From a virus: a stretch of 64,000 bases of DNA. The stretch is taken from IMG/VR virus record IMGVR_UViG_3300009159_000032; one strand, given 5' to 3'. The notes below the pieces were generated by a model. It had not been told where the DNA came from and did not search any database. It was given only the letters and a program-made list of their open reading frames with translations. The position numbers and the translations under genes are program-made. Positions within the stretch are counted from its first letter, which is position 1, and every line of letters starts with the position of its first letter. This document shows, piece after piece, positions 1 through 10,433 of the stretch.

Positions 1-3000
1 CTTTATTAACAAAACCGCCTATTTTATGTGTAAGTTTTGAATATACAAATGATGTTTCTGTTTTTAATTTTTCAAGATAGTTTCTATTTTTTTGTTTTCC
101 TGCCTCAATTAAAAATACACTATAACCAGATCCTAACAATTCAGAACCGGCTACTGTGTCTTGATAAAATTTTAAAACATCAAAACTATGAAAATCTACA
201 TTGTCTCCATATGTATATTGTCCAGCTAGATTCTTTTTGGTTCTGCTTGTGTCAAATAATAACGAACTATATGATGCTGGATCGGTCAAAGCCATTAATA
301 TCTGTACAGCATATGGCCATAAACTACTTCTTCTCCACGATGTTTCAACTGGTCCTTGATCTCCAAATTCCCAGTTGGCATCAGTAGTTAGGTAGTCTAC
401 TCCGGTAGCAATATTTGCCTGTGTTGGCATCAATAATTTTCCGTTGTTGTCAACGGGTATAATATCTGCAAGACCGGGACGTGCATAGAGACTATTAATA
501 GCTGTATTATTGGGATCTTTAACTAGTCCCTGTTCTAAATCATTCCATAAGATTTTATTACCTCGAGTGTATGGTGCAGGTCCGTATTCATTTTCCCACC
601 ATTGAGGTTGTTCTCTAAAACCCAGCATCTCCCATGGATGGGTATGAGGACGGTCTGTGTCAAAAAAGTATTTGTATGTAGCTCTCCATCCTCCAGGTAA
701 AGGTAGTTTAGTAACTAAATCTTTCCCTGATTTAATATTCCAAGTCTTTGGATTATCAGACGCAGTTGTATTTTGTGAAAAATTAAATCCGTAAAATGCA
801 TCCCATTTTAAAAATTCTCTTGCAAGTATTGCGTTAATTTCTTTAGGTGCATAATCATTATTTCTAAATGCTCCAGGAAATACAGTATCAATATTAACTA
901 ATTCTGAGTCGTATTGCACTTTAAGATTATTATAAATTCTACGCTCATACTCAAGAATCACAGCATCTCGGCTGTCACCAAAAGCAATCATTATACTGCC
1001 ATCGTGCCCCTGGATCACTGTTTGAGATTCAACATAGGTATCGTCAACAAATATTTTTGGTTCAAATTTAGGATACAGTCCTAATTTAGTAGGTGTTGGC
1101 GGAATATAACATCCACGAGTGCTTGCATAGTCATCGACTCTAATCACATCACCTTTTGTTAAAGGAACTTTAATATGTACACTAGAATCATATAAATCAA
1201 ATTCATAATCTGCACCGTGTAATAACTGTGTTATATTGCCAATAGAATCAGTGTGATAAATGATTACTGATCTTTCAGATATTGTAGTTAAATTAAAATT
1301 AGACAATAAAGAATAGACAGTATTTCTACTATCGGTTACTGTGTAATTTCTTGTAACTGCATCTGTTCCATACCCTATCATATCGCTCATAGAATAAGGA
1401 AACATAACATCCTTGTTTACATTAACATTATATAATGCAATATCAAGTGCTCTTGATGGAGTATACACTCCTGCTAGATTTGCAATCTGTTCTATTAATG
1501 CTAATTTAAATTGATTATAATGCTGTCCAACTAATCTTGTTGCAGAAATTAAATTAAACTCGTCATTAGCTACAAAATAACCTGCAAATACTAAAGGATT
1601 TTTATTAGAAATTAATCTTGTTCCATATATTGAAGAATCTGGCAAATCACGTAGATTGCTAACACCTGGAAACATTCCCAAAAATTCCGGATGTCTATCA
1701 ACTATTGTCTTGACATGGTCAGATAATTCCGATAAAGTAAATTCAGATATAGGACCATTTAACGGGTTATTTGTCCACCCAGGAGAAGTCTCGTAATATC
1801 CAGTTGCACTAGGAATTGCAGAAGTGTTAATTCTAAACAACACCTTATCGCCGACTGTTAATGCTGATTTAAAAACTACAGAATAATTTCTACCAGAAGC
1901 AAATAAAGTATACTCATCTCCTAAAACTTTTTTATCCTGATTAACATATACTTCAATGTTCAATGTTTGATAACCTGGATTATCAACTGCGGTAATTTGA
2001 AGTTCAGTAGTTGACTCAGAAATAATATTATATTGTAGAATTGGTATCTGATATTCTGGTGTTTCTGACCAAACATTTACAAATGTAACACTGTTACGAG
2101 ATATATTTTGTTTAATAAAGCCGCTAGAAACATTTATATCATAAGAAATATTATTATCAACAATAGTATTCGTATCGTTCATAAAATAGTTTTCAAATAG
2201 ATAGTATGCTTGATTAGCTACATTTTTATATTTTAACGGGAAACCTAAAACTGAGTCTTTGATTCCTGAGCCGATCGCATATCCAAATATTTTTGTTCCT
2301 ACAAAACCGCCTTTATACACAGATTCGTCACTGTAACTTATGCCAGTATTGTCAAATATATCAAATCTTGGAGCTTGATTAATAGCAGTTTTTTGCTGTG
2401 CTAAAATCCACTCAGTTCCGTTAAACCACCAATTGGTGCCTTTATACTCTGTACCTTTTGTAACTGTAACTGAATCGCCCAATAAAGGCGTAACATCGTC
2501 TGCTTCTTCTAAACTAATTCTAAATTTATCTTGTATTTTAACAAAGTTAACAACAAATGTTTTTCCATTAACAAAATTATCAGCGTCTGCTGTAAAAATA
2601 ATTCTGTCACCTTGACCTATTTCTACTCCGTCTACATAATAACCTAACTGTCCTTCAATTTCAGTAAAGACATCAGTAGTTGAAGTATCAATAAATTGAA
2701 TATTAGGTTTAGCAAAACTTCCAAAATTATCAAGCTGAAGATTAGCTTCAAACTCTATGATTGGTCTTTTGGCTTTATTTGCTACAGGGAATAGTAAAGG
2801 AATTTTATTTGCTTCAGCAGATATTTTAATTACATCTTCATGGAACCATCTATTATATCGAGACCAAGGATTTTTATCTTGACTAGCTCTATTAATAGTA
2901 ACGTATTCTGGGGTTTCAGGAAAATTGTTTGACTGATCAAATGCGTATTGATCAAACGCTTCAGTGTCAAATCTTTCGTCAAAAATAGATGTAAATTTTT

Positions 3001-4012
3001 CAGGTGTTTCTAAACTATCAATGTCAATTAATTTAATTTTATCTCCAACACCTTCAACGATAAAATGTTTATTTTTATATTCTGTAGGAGTAACATTGCC
3101 AACAAAGTCTATCACTAAACCGTTAGTTAATTGTATTCCATTATAAGAAGTATATTGTTTTTTTCCTACAATTTCTTTTTCTACATCAATACTACTGTTT
3201 TCTTCAATGTCTTTGATAACAAATTCGCCGCCGTTTAATTTGTCGGTTTCAGATACAAAATACAAAATTTTAGGTGATGTATTATCAATTTTAAGTGTAA
3301 TGATGCCTTTTTTAATACCGTTATTTTCTGTGACTCTATACGGTGCTTCTTTACCGTCAACTCGACTTGTCTTAATCCAAAAAGGATTCTTAGAGTCTAC
3401 ATTAAACTTATAAGTCACTCCTCGGTATAATGTTAACTGCGGTGCAGGAGTTAGTCCGTCGGGTGTAAACACAAAATAAAAGCCGTCAGCGGTGTCTGTA
3501 ACATTATAGGTGCTGACAATTTCTCTTTGCTGATTTCCTATAGCAACAGAGTCAGGCCCGTTAGGAAGCCAATAATAATTTTCAAAATTGACAAATTTAT
3601 CCCAGTCAATATGTGGATTGTAAGAATAAAATTTAGGTTTAAATAATCGATCTAATCTGCTAACATTTGCGCCTTCGAATTCAAGTTGATTGATAAGATC
3701 GTCATAAGAAGTTGATTTAATAATTTTTAAAATTTCATCTGTTATTACCAAAGCAGGTTCTAATTGATAATCTTGACGCAATTTTGAATTTGAATTAAGA
3801 TAAAAATCTTTCTCAACATTATACGTTGGTGTGATTTTTCCACCAACCCAACCGTCAACTCTTTTTAATTGAGGAGGCTGTATTAACTGATCAATTGTTC
3901 CTGATAAAAATTTTGAATTCTTATCTGTTCTAAACAATACAGGCAACAGATTAGCCGATTTTCTCATCGGGTTATTATTTTTATCTGTTACTTGTGATAA
4001 ATCATCTGACAT
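1..4012 (-). CDS. Giant virion/baseplate-associated protein, partial (>1337 aa, runs off the left edge; absent from the ORF track)
   Basis: ATG at 4012-4010 overlaps the TAA of the gp6-like gene (TAATG). Translation begins MSDDLSQVTDKNNNPMRKSANLLPVLFRTDKNSKFLSGTIDQL. The same frame reads ...YSKLTHKIGGFVNK at the window edge; both ends were translated by hand, the middle was not checked codon by codon. The position after gp6 suggests a gp7-like role (inference). Confidence 0.85.
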   Translation of the reverse strand, partial: MSDDLSQVTDKNNNPMRKSANLLPVLFRTDKNSKFLSGTIDQLIQPPQLKRVDGWVGGKITPTYNVEKDFYLNSNSKLRQDYQLEPALVITDEILKIIKSTSYDDLINQLEFEGANVSRLDRLFKPKFYSYNPHIDWDKFVNFENYYWLPNGPDSVAIGNQQREIVSTYNVTDTADGFYFVFTPDGLTPAPQLTLYRGVTYKFNVDSKNPFWIKTSRVDGKEAPYRVTENNGIKKGIITLKIDNTSPKILYFVSETDKLNGGEFVIKDIEENSSIDVEKEIVGKKQYTSYNGIQLTNGLVIDFVGNVTPTEYKNKHFIVEGVGDKIKLIDIDSLETPEKFTSIFDERFDTEAFDQYAFDQSNNFPETPEYVTINRASQDKNPWSRYNRWFHEDVIKISAEANKIPLLFPVANKAKRPIIEFEANLQLDNFGSFAKPNIQFIDTSTTDVFTEIEGQLGYYVDGVEIGQGDRIIFTADADNFVNGKTFVVNFVKIQDKFRISLEEADDVTPLLGDSVTVTKGTEYKGTNWWFNGTEWILAQQKTAINQAPRFDIFDNTGISYSDESVYKGGFVGTKIFGYAIGSGIKDSVLGFPLKYKNVANQAYYLFENYFMNDTNTIVDNNISYDINVSSGFIKQNISRNSVTFVNVWSETPEYQIPILQYNIISESTTELQITAVDNPGYQTLNIEVYVNQDKKVLGDEYTLFASGRNYSVVFKSALTVGDKVLFRINTSAIPSATGYYETSPGWTNNPLNGPISEFTLSELSDHVKTIVDRHPEFLGMFPGVSNLRDLPDSSIYGTRLISNKNPLVFAGYFVANDEFNLISATRLVGQHYNQFKLALIEQIANLAGVYTPSRALDIALYNVNVNKDVMFPYSMSDMIGYGTDAVTRNYTVTDSRNTVYSLLSNFNLTTISERSVIIYHTDSIGNITQLLHGADYEFDLYDSSVHIKVPLTKGDVIRVDDYASTRGCYIPPTPTKLGLYPKFEPKIFVDDTYVESQTVIQGHDGSIMIAFGDSRDAVILEYERRIYNNLKVQYDSELVNIDTVFPGAFRNNDYAPKEINAILAREFLKWDAFYGFNFSQNTTASDNPKTWNIKSGKDLVTKLPLPGGWRATYKYFFDTDRPHTHPWEMLGFREQPQWWENEYGPAPYTRGNKILWNDLEQGLVKDPNNTAINSLYARPGLADIIPVDNNGKLLMPTQANIATGVDYLTTDANWEFGDQGPVETSWRRSSLWPYAVQILMALTDPASYSSLLFDTSRTKKNLAGQYTYGDNVDFHSFDVLKFYQDTVAGSELLGSGYSVFLIEAGKQKNRNYLEKLKTETSFVYSKLTHKIGGFVNK

Positions 4013-7000
4013 TAATATACTCCTACTGAAGTGCTGTTAACAATATTTTCTGTTGTTCTAATTTGATTGGCTGTTATAGCATCAATAATTTCGATATCAT
4101 TAATCGATGCTCCATTAATAAAAATTTCATTATTTTGACAAGCAATTTCATACAAACTTCCAAATGGAATATCTGCTTTTGGCACTATAATAAAATTTGT
4201 AATGTCTGGTGTTAGTGAATTCATTATATAAGTTGATAGTTCGCTGAAATAAAATGTTTGTCCAAATTCCCAATTTTCTAAATTAAAGAAATTCTCAATA
4301 GCTAATAAAATTTTTGTTTTCAATTCGTTGTCTGTTGTTGATCTAGAAGTATTTCTTACAGCCTTAAATGTTGCCTGTAAATTTCTAGTTGCTTTTGTAC
4401 CAAATAAAACTTTATATTTTACAGGTTGGTATACTAGTTCATCACTTATTGATTTAATAGTTTCAAGAGATGATGAATAATTTTCTTCTAATGCCGAGCT
4501 TGTTGGAGGGAAAGGTTCGTTGCCAGAAGTTGTTGTTAACCAGTTTCTATATTCAGTATCATAACTCTTTGTTAATATAAAAATATCAATTAAGTTTGTT
4601 TTACTTGGATCTAGTCTTCTATCTTCACCACTGTTATGTCTATATTGGAACGTTAATCCTCTACGACCAGGTTTAGCAAAGTAATCAGATTCTAAGGTAA
4701 AAGAGTCTGTTGTGCTTGTTGAATAACTTTTAATAACATCTACAGAAGAATCGTAGAAATAAAATAATTGACCGTCACTATATTGAGTTAGCGGTAATGG
4801 CACATCGTCTTCTGTAGGATAAGATAAAATATTAGTTCCGTCTACAATAGAATATGTTAGGCCGTCAGTAGATTGTTTAAAAAATATAAACTTGTCTTTT
4901 TTACCTGTTTGAAAACTAACCGAGTCAGTGGCAACAATATTGTCAAATGCATCAGGATTTTCAATTTGTCCATCATCATATTCATCTAAGAACGATATTT
5001 TAATTTTTTTAGGTTCAACGTAGCCGTCTGCTTCAATAATATTCCCATCAATTTGCCATCCATAATCAAGACCTAATGGCAAAGTAGAGTACGCGGCATC
5101 AGAAACTCCCACTGTTACTGAGCAAGTTGAACGATAACCGCTTCCAGAATTTACAACTACTATTTCTGAAATACTGCCATTTTTTAGTAGAGGAATGAAA
5201 TTTCCTCCAGTGCCAGGCAACGATATTGTTATGTTAGGAGTTGTAACAAATCCAGAACCCCTGTTCTCTATATTAAAAGATGTAACACTACCTGCACTAT
5301 TTGTATTAATTGATAATACTGCATTTCCGTAGTAGCTTGCAGGGGCAGGGTTGGTTGATAATATCTTAATTTGATCTTTAACTACTGTGTTTTTAATGAA
5401 GTCAAAGTTCTTTGATGTATTATCAAAATAAAACGCTGTTTCGTTTTCGCTTTCAAAAATATAATCAGTTACTCTGTATTTTACCTGATACCCAATACCT
5501 GTCCATTGAAATGCAAAAAGCCAACTGGCATCTCTGTTATTGTTAGTGACGTCTTTCTGATAGACAATAGAAAAATTACCGTTTGAATTTAGATTTGTAT
5601 CAGTAATAATGTACCACTGCCGAGTATCAAGAGCAAAACTTAAACCAAAATTTCTTTTAGATAAACACAAATTAACTATATCAGTTTGCAGTGTATAACT
5701 GAATACCGTATCAAAAGAGGGGATAATTTCTTTTGCAACAGCACCAGTTGGAACAAATTGTGTTAAAATTATTGGACCAGTACCGTCTGGTAATGTGCCT
5801 AAACCGCCATATGATCCGTCACCAATTATCAATGCAGTTTTAGTCCATTGGAACTCTCGTGTTGTAGAATCCTGAACCGTGGTTAATGTGCCGTTAGGTA
5901 AAAAATATTTTCCTTCAGGGGGAATAAATTTAATTAAACTGTTAGGTCTAATATAAGATAAATTATTTGAAGAAAATACACCTGCTTGCAATGGCGTGTT
6001 TAAAGAATCTTTAAAATAGCCAGTTGTTTGATTTGTTGACTTTGTAATCTGTTGCCAGTATACTTTAGGATCCAATAATTGTGGTCTTGCCCAATTATTC
6101 AGATAAAAGTTCCTCATGCTTGTTGACTCGACAATAGGAATCATTTGATTTATAATTGCAGCATAAATTTCATTTTTATTGGTGTAAGAAAAATCAAAAG
6201 TTAACACAGTATTATCTTGATAGATAGCACCGTCGCTGCCAAATACATTTGTACTAGAATATTTTCCGCTGACATCACTTAATTCAAAATATTTAGATAT
6301 GCCACTAGAGATTCTGTTAACGCTCTTAACTTTAATAATATCTGCACCAGCAGTCAACGGAGCAATATTATAGTCTTCTCCTGTAACCATTCGATTTTGT
6401 GTATAATAAGCCTGCGGTGCTTTTAATTTAATATTAGTATCAGATTCAGATCCTTCACTGTTAGTCACAGTATACTGAAGACTAAAAGTCATTGTAAGGT
6501 TATGTCTTTGACCAGATTTATTATAGTACGGAACTTGAATTTGTACTCCGTTAATTTGTTCGGGCTTGATAGAATATTTTAACCCGTTACTCTGTCTATA
6601 AAAAAATATAAAATTACCTTTGGGTAAGTTTCCGAAAAGGCCGTCGGCAAAGTTTAAATCAATTTGATCATTTTCTCGTGTAGTGACTGCAAAAATATTT
6701 CTTTGATTATTATTAAGACTATTATAGATAACATTATTTCCTACAACATTATTAACCTTAGTCCAATTAACTGAATAATTTCCGTTGGCGTCAATCTGCC
6801 ATAGCCATGTATCTGAATCGTTAATATTGCTGGCATTGATTCCAACAATTTCATTCGGCACAGGAGCATCAATATTAAAACTAGTAAGATTTAGTGTGCC
6901 TTGTCTAAAATGTGTAAAGAACCCTGTATTAGCACTAGAACTACCTTTTGAATCGTTTCTAAATAAAAGACTGAACTGATCTGCAGGTTTAGGCACAGAT

Positions 7001-7677
7001 TCATAGATATATTCTTTTCCTGTGAATTCGCAACTGGTAATTTCAAACGGCATTGAGATTCCGCCAATTGACTTAGAGAATGAAAAAACTGGGACATCGG
7101 AATTAGCTGAATTTATTTTATATTGTTCTGTAGGTATTGAACTGATTAATTTTTTATCGTAAGGTTTGCCAAACGTAGTACTACCTGGCATTGCTGAATT
7201 GAGTACGGTAATAAACTGTTGGTACCAGTTTAAGTTACTAGAATCATTCCATGCTATAATAGAATTTGCAAGATTGCTACCATTTGCATCAAACACATTA
7301 TCAGTGGTAGATATTGCTGTTAATTTCAACAATCCGTTAGCTGGAATATTTCGTGTAGCATTGTAATTGATCAGCTGTGCAAGACGCAGAATACTGTCAC
7401 GACGCTGTGCAGTTTCTAAGAAATTTTCGCGGGCATTTAAATCAACACGGAAACTTAAATTCTGTCCAAGATATGCTATTAAGTCAACTAGTGCAATAAA
7501 CTCGCTTGATTCAATATAATCATTGAAATCTTCAGGGTATTTTTCACGTAGATATGAAATCATTGTTCTACGTAGAGTTTCAAAATCGTAGCTCTTAAAG
7601 TCAGAATTTTTAAAAGATTGGTATACCTTTTTCCAATCTTCGGCTACAAGTAATTTAGAATTTGTTGACGGAATCAT
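4012..7677 (-). CDS. gp6: Baseplate wedge protein, T4 gp6-like (1221 aa)
   Basis: N-terminus FKSYDFETLRRTMISYL...DFNDYIESSEFIALVDLIAYLGQNLSFRVDLNARENFLETA is typical of gp6/baseplate-J-like proteins. It contains QNRMVTGEDY and lies downstream of gp25. Confidence 0.8.
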   Translation of the reverse strand: MIPSTNSKLLVAEDWKKVYQSFKNSDFKSYDFETLRRTMISYLREKYPEDFNDYIESSEFIALVDLIAYLGQNLSFRVDLNARENFLETAQRRDSILRLAQLINYNATRNIPANGLLKLTAISTTDNVFDANGSNLANSIIAWNDSSNLNWYQQFITVLNSAMPGSTTFGKPYDKKLISSIPTEQYKINSANSDVPVFSFSKSIGGISMPFEITSCEFTGKEYIYESVPKPADQFSLLFRNDSKGSSSANTGFFTHFRQGTLNLTSFNIDAPVPNEIVGINASNINDSDTWLWQIDANGNYSVNWTKVNNVVGNNVIYNSLNNNQRNIFAVTTRENDQIDLNFADGLFGNLPKGNFIFFYRQSNGLKYSIKPEQINGVQIQVPYYNKSGQRHNLTMTFSLQYTVTNSEGSESDTNIKLKAPQAYYTQNRMVTGEDYNIAPLTAGADIIKVKSVNRISSGISKYFELSDVSGKYSSTNVFGSDGAIYQDNTVLTFDFSYTNKNEIYAAIINQMIPIVESTSMRNFYLNNWARPQLLDPKVYWQQITKSTNQTTGYFKDSLNTPLQAGVFSSNNLSYIRPNSLIKFIPPEGKYFLPNGTLTTVQDSTTREFQWTKTALIIGDGSYGGLGTLPDGTGPIILTQFVPTGAVAKEIIPSFDTVFSYTLQTDIVNLCLSKRNFGLSFALDTRQWYIITDTNLNSNGNFSIVYQKDVTNNNRDASWLFAFQWTGIGYQVKYRVTDYIFESENETAFYFDNTSKNFDFIKNTVVKDQIKILSTNPAPASYYGNAVLSINTNSAGSVTSFNIENRGSGFVTTPNITISLPGTGGNFIPLLKNGSISEIVVVNSGSGYRSTCSVTVGVSDAAYSTLPLGLDYGWQIDGNIIEADGYVEPKKIKISFLDEYDDGQIENPDAFDNIVATDSVSFQTGKKDKFIFFKQSTDGLTYSIVDGTNILSYPTEDDVPLPLTQYSDGQLFYFYDSSVDVIKSYSTSTTDSFTLESDYFAKPGRRGLTFQYRHNSGEDRRLDPSKTNLIDIFILTKSYDTEYRNWLTTTSGNEPFPPTSSALEENYSSSLETIKSISDELVYQPVKYKVLFGTKATRNLQATFKAVRNTSRSTTDNELKTKILLAIENFFNLENWEFGQTFYFSELSTYIMNSLTPDITNFIIVPKADIPFGSLYEIACQNNEIFINGASINDIEIIDAITANQIRTTENIVNSTSVGVY

Positions 7678-7696
7678 ATATTATCCAGTTATAGCA

Positions 7697-7702
7697 TATT
7701 TA
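7697..7702 (-). promoter_or_regulatory. T4-type late promoter core (TAAATA)
   Basis: TAAATA on the minus strand, 20 nt upstream of the gp6-like ATG; a gp55 homolog is encoded in the window. Confidence 0.6.
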
Positions 7703-7708
7703 TTTTAA

Positions 7709-7730
7709 TAATAAACTGCGTAGTTTATTA
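7709..7730. repeat. Perfect 9-bp inverted repeat TAATAAACT-gcgt-AGTTTATTA
   Basis: Read directly. It overlaps the gp25 stop codon and lies 6 nt from the late promoter. Confidence 0.7.
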
Positions 7731-8162
7731 GCCGGCCAAGCCAACACGTTTATCAAATGATAATATCATATTATCGCTAACATCTGAGTTTCTATAACTT
7801 AAAGTTAACTCAAGAAGAAACCCATAATCTTGTTCGACAATATTAATCAGAGTAGGCACTACTCGAGGATCTAAGTTTAATATTCTATCAATATCTGCCG
7901 CTATCTGTTGTTTTACTACAGGAGTTAATGGTTCGTAAATTAAATCCCATATGATAGAACCAAACTCAGGATTCATTACACGCTCGCCTTTACGTGTATT
8001 GAACTGATTGAGAATGTCTTGTTTTATTAATTCATAGTCGTAGAGCTTGACATTAGTAGTAGTTTCATCAACTGTACTAAATCCTTTATAAAATTGACTG
8101 CGTTGTTGAGTTGTTACGTTGTCAGAATTGGCGGGTGTAATAATAGTATTTTTGTAGGCCAT
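7728..8162 (-). CDS. gp25: Baseplate wedge subunit, gp25-like (144 aa; start reassigned to MAYKNT at 8162)
   Basis: LIKQDILNQFNTRKGERVMNPEFGSIIWDLIYEP matches the GPW/gp25 signature. The 8162 ATG follows a TAAATA box and avoids overlap with the gp5-like gene. Confidence 0.9.
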   Translation of the reverse strand: MAYKNTIITPANSDNVTTQQRSQFYKGFSTVDETTTNVKLYDYELIKQDILNQFNTRKGERVMNPEFGSIIWDLIYEPLTPVVKQQIAADIDRILNLDPRVVPTLINIVEQDYGFLLELTLSYRNSDVSDNMILSFDKRVGLAG

Positions 8163-8167
8163 GATAG

Positions 8168-8173
8168 TATTTA
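8168..8173 (-). promoter_or_regulatory. Late promoter core (TAAATA)
   Basis: Overlaps the stop codon of the gp5-like gene and lies 5 nt upstream of the gp25 ATG. Confidence 0.55.
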
Positions 8174-10429
8174 TTTGGCTGGATAGGGGCCGGCTCTCCA
8201 ACTCTCGCCACTGCCAGTTTTGATCGGATTTCCGTCCCTATCTTTCCATACTTGTGCCTCATCTGGTATTTTTAATACTTGTGTTCTAATATAGCTTACT
8301 TGATCTCTAACTTTGGCAGCTGCTTCAGCTTTGGTTATGTTTCCATCTTTGTTAAGATCGAGTCCTTTATTTTGTTCGTAGGCTTTTGAAGGACTCGAAA
8401 ATAAAACATAATCATTAGGTTTGCCCACTGCGGCTGGCCAAAGAATAGCCATATAAAGATCTTCTAAAGTTACACTAGATAATTTTGCAATAGGACCTGC
8501 TTTAAAATATTTTAACACATAATCCATTTGTTGAACTCGTGTCATAGTTCTCAATTCATCTGTTGTTGTACCAAGACTTACCGCAGTTGGTCTAATAAAC
8601 TGTATTAATCCAGTAGCGCCAATACTATTCTGTATCCCAGGATCCATTGTTCTTCCTGTTTCAAAGGCCATACAACATAGTAAATCAAGGTAAGAACATT
8701 TTAATTCTGTTGCAACAACTTTGACTTTTTTATAAAACTCAATATCCTTTGTCCAGTCAGTGGGCATATTGGCTCTATTATAATTTGGAGGATTAGGGTC
8801 TGCCGATGTGGCCGGTCCTTGATTCTGATAAGGATTAACTACACTACCAAAATTTGTCGGAGTCGGGTTAACCCCTGCTTCAGCATCTGTTTGCGGGCTT
8901 GCAAATTGAGCAGCATTTATACTCTCATGATGATCCCAAGGCTCGTGTGTAGGAACCCGCTTCATTATAGAAGTTAGGTCTTGATCTTTATAAAACTTGC
9001 CGTCGTCCCAGCCAACTTCTTTATTTCTGTTAGGTAATTTAAATTTAGGTAATGCTGTAGGAATTGCCGCAAAATTAGAAGCTGTAGCCTTAGTTGCACT
9101 TACTGGAGTTGGGCCATTCATGTGAATTTGACTTGCTTTTTCAATGTATTGCCCTGTAGCTTTTACATTAAAACTTGCACCAGATTGTTGGTACATGTCA
9201 TAACCTGACTTAATATGCATTTCGTTAGTGGCAAAATTTAACATACTACTACCTGCATAGTTGTGAAAGTTTTGTGCCGCAGTTTGAAATATACCGGCTG
9301 CGGCACCTACATTTAAATTATTACCAACTGAATAGGTAGCATCAGTGTCTACGTTGTGATCAAGAGAACCAGAATAGGTAATATAACCGTTTTTACTAAC
9401 CATTAGCGTATGATTGCCTACAACGTCAGTTTGCATATTCCCGCCAACTGACATGTTTAAATTCCTTCCTGCCTCAATATTAATATCTCTATCTGCACGA
9501 AAATTAAAATCTTGCTCTGTATGAATACTAACACTGTCAGCAGCATATATGTCTATCTTACCGTTACTAGTTAGTTCAATCCAGGCTGTACCTCCAGCAT
9601 TAGCAATATAGATTAGATCGTGACTGTTATGTAATAAAATTTGATGCCCTGTTCGAGTGCGGATTCGCACTAATTCATTCTGCCCGTCTTTATCTCCGTC
9701 ATCCATTACAAAAGTTGTGCCGCCTAATCTGCTAGTAGGCGCTGTTGCAACAGTAGAATATCCTACATAACTTTTTTTACTATTAGGATCAATAGGGCCA
9801 GGTGTTGATATTCCAAAAACTTTGCTCGGTATTTCTCTACGGGCACTACTTGATGTTATTCCACGAATAGTGTCTGTTAGCAAACCCTGTGCTAATAATC
9901 GATCAGCAAAAGGATGTATTGGTTTGTTAAAACTATCAGGACGAGGATTTGATAAATCTCTACCCTTCTTTAAAAATTCTGCAACAGGCAAATTTCTTGT
10001 TCCGTATTTTCTTTCTTGTTCTGCTGATATTGCAACATTCTGACTGGCAGCAATTCCGGGAACCATATGATTTTGAAATGTAGCGGGAATACAGCCGAGC
10101 CAATAACCGTCATTAGGTTCGCCGTCAATAAACATACAGATCACAGTTGTTCCAACATCTGGAGGTACAAACCACATGCCGTAACTTTTCTGTACGTCTT
10201 CAAAATTTGAAGAATTTGCACCTTCGTAAGCAACTGAACTGACTCCGTAAAAAGGCGTCATCTGTCTAACTATTACTGTTTCATTCTGAAGTGTAAGTGA
10301 ACCGCTAACTGATTTAGCCAGTACAACTTCTAAACTGCCCATACGAGCAGGATCGAGGTAATTAGTTACTACTCCCAACCAAGGACCGGGATGAGGTAAT
10401 TTTGATTTTCTTCTTTTAAATTCTGACAT
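8171..10429 (-). CDS. gp5: Baseplate central spike, gp5/VgrG-like, with C-terminal lysozyme-fold (lytic transglycosylase-like) domain (752 aa)
   Basis: N-terminal OB-fold motifs (WLGVVTNYLDPARMGSLEV; GMWFVPPDVGTTVICMFIDG). Beta-helix-type repeats (INIEAGRNLNMSVGGNMQTDVVGN). C-terminal MAFETG...GATGLIQF...QQMDYVLKYF...YEQNKGLD. Confidence 0.8.
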   Translation of the reverse strand: MSEFKRRKSKLPHPGPWLGVVTNYLDPARMGSLEVVLAKSVSGSLTLQNETVIVRQMTPFYGVSSVAYEGANSSNFEDVQKSYGMWFVPPDVGTTVICMFIDGEPNDGYWLGCIPATFQNHMVPGIAASQNVAISAEQERKYGTRNLPVAEFLKKGRDLSNPRPDSFNKPIHPFADRLLAQGLLTDTIRGITSSSARREIPSKVFGISTPGPIDPNSKKSYVGYSTVATAPTSRLGGTTFVMDDGDKDGQNELVRIRTRTGHQILLHNSHDLIYIANAGGTAWIELTSNGKIDIYAADSVSIHTEQDFNFRADRDINIEAGRNLNMSVGGNMQTDVVGNHTLMVSKNGYITYSGSLDHNVDTDATYSVGNNLNVGAAAGIFQTAAQNFHNYAGSSMLNFATNEMHIKSGYDMYQQSGASFNVKATGQYIEKASQIHMNGPTPVSATKATASNFAAIPTALPKFKLPNRNKEVGWDDGKFYKDQDLTSIMKRVPTHEPWDHHESINAAQFASPQTDAEAGVNPTPTNFGSVVNPYQNQGPATSADPNPPNYNRANMPTDWTKDIEFYKKVKVVATELKCSYLDLLCCMAFETGRTMDPGIQNSIGATGLIQFIRPTAVSLGTTTDELRTMTRVQQMDYVLKYFKAGPIAKLSSVTLEDLYMAILWPAAVGKPNDYVLFSSPSKAYEQNKGLDLNKDGNITKAEAAAKVRDQVSYIRTQVLKIPDEAQVWKDRDGNPIKTGSGESWRAGPYPAK

Positions 10430-10433
10430 TCTG

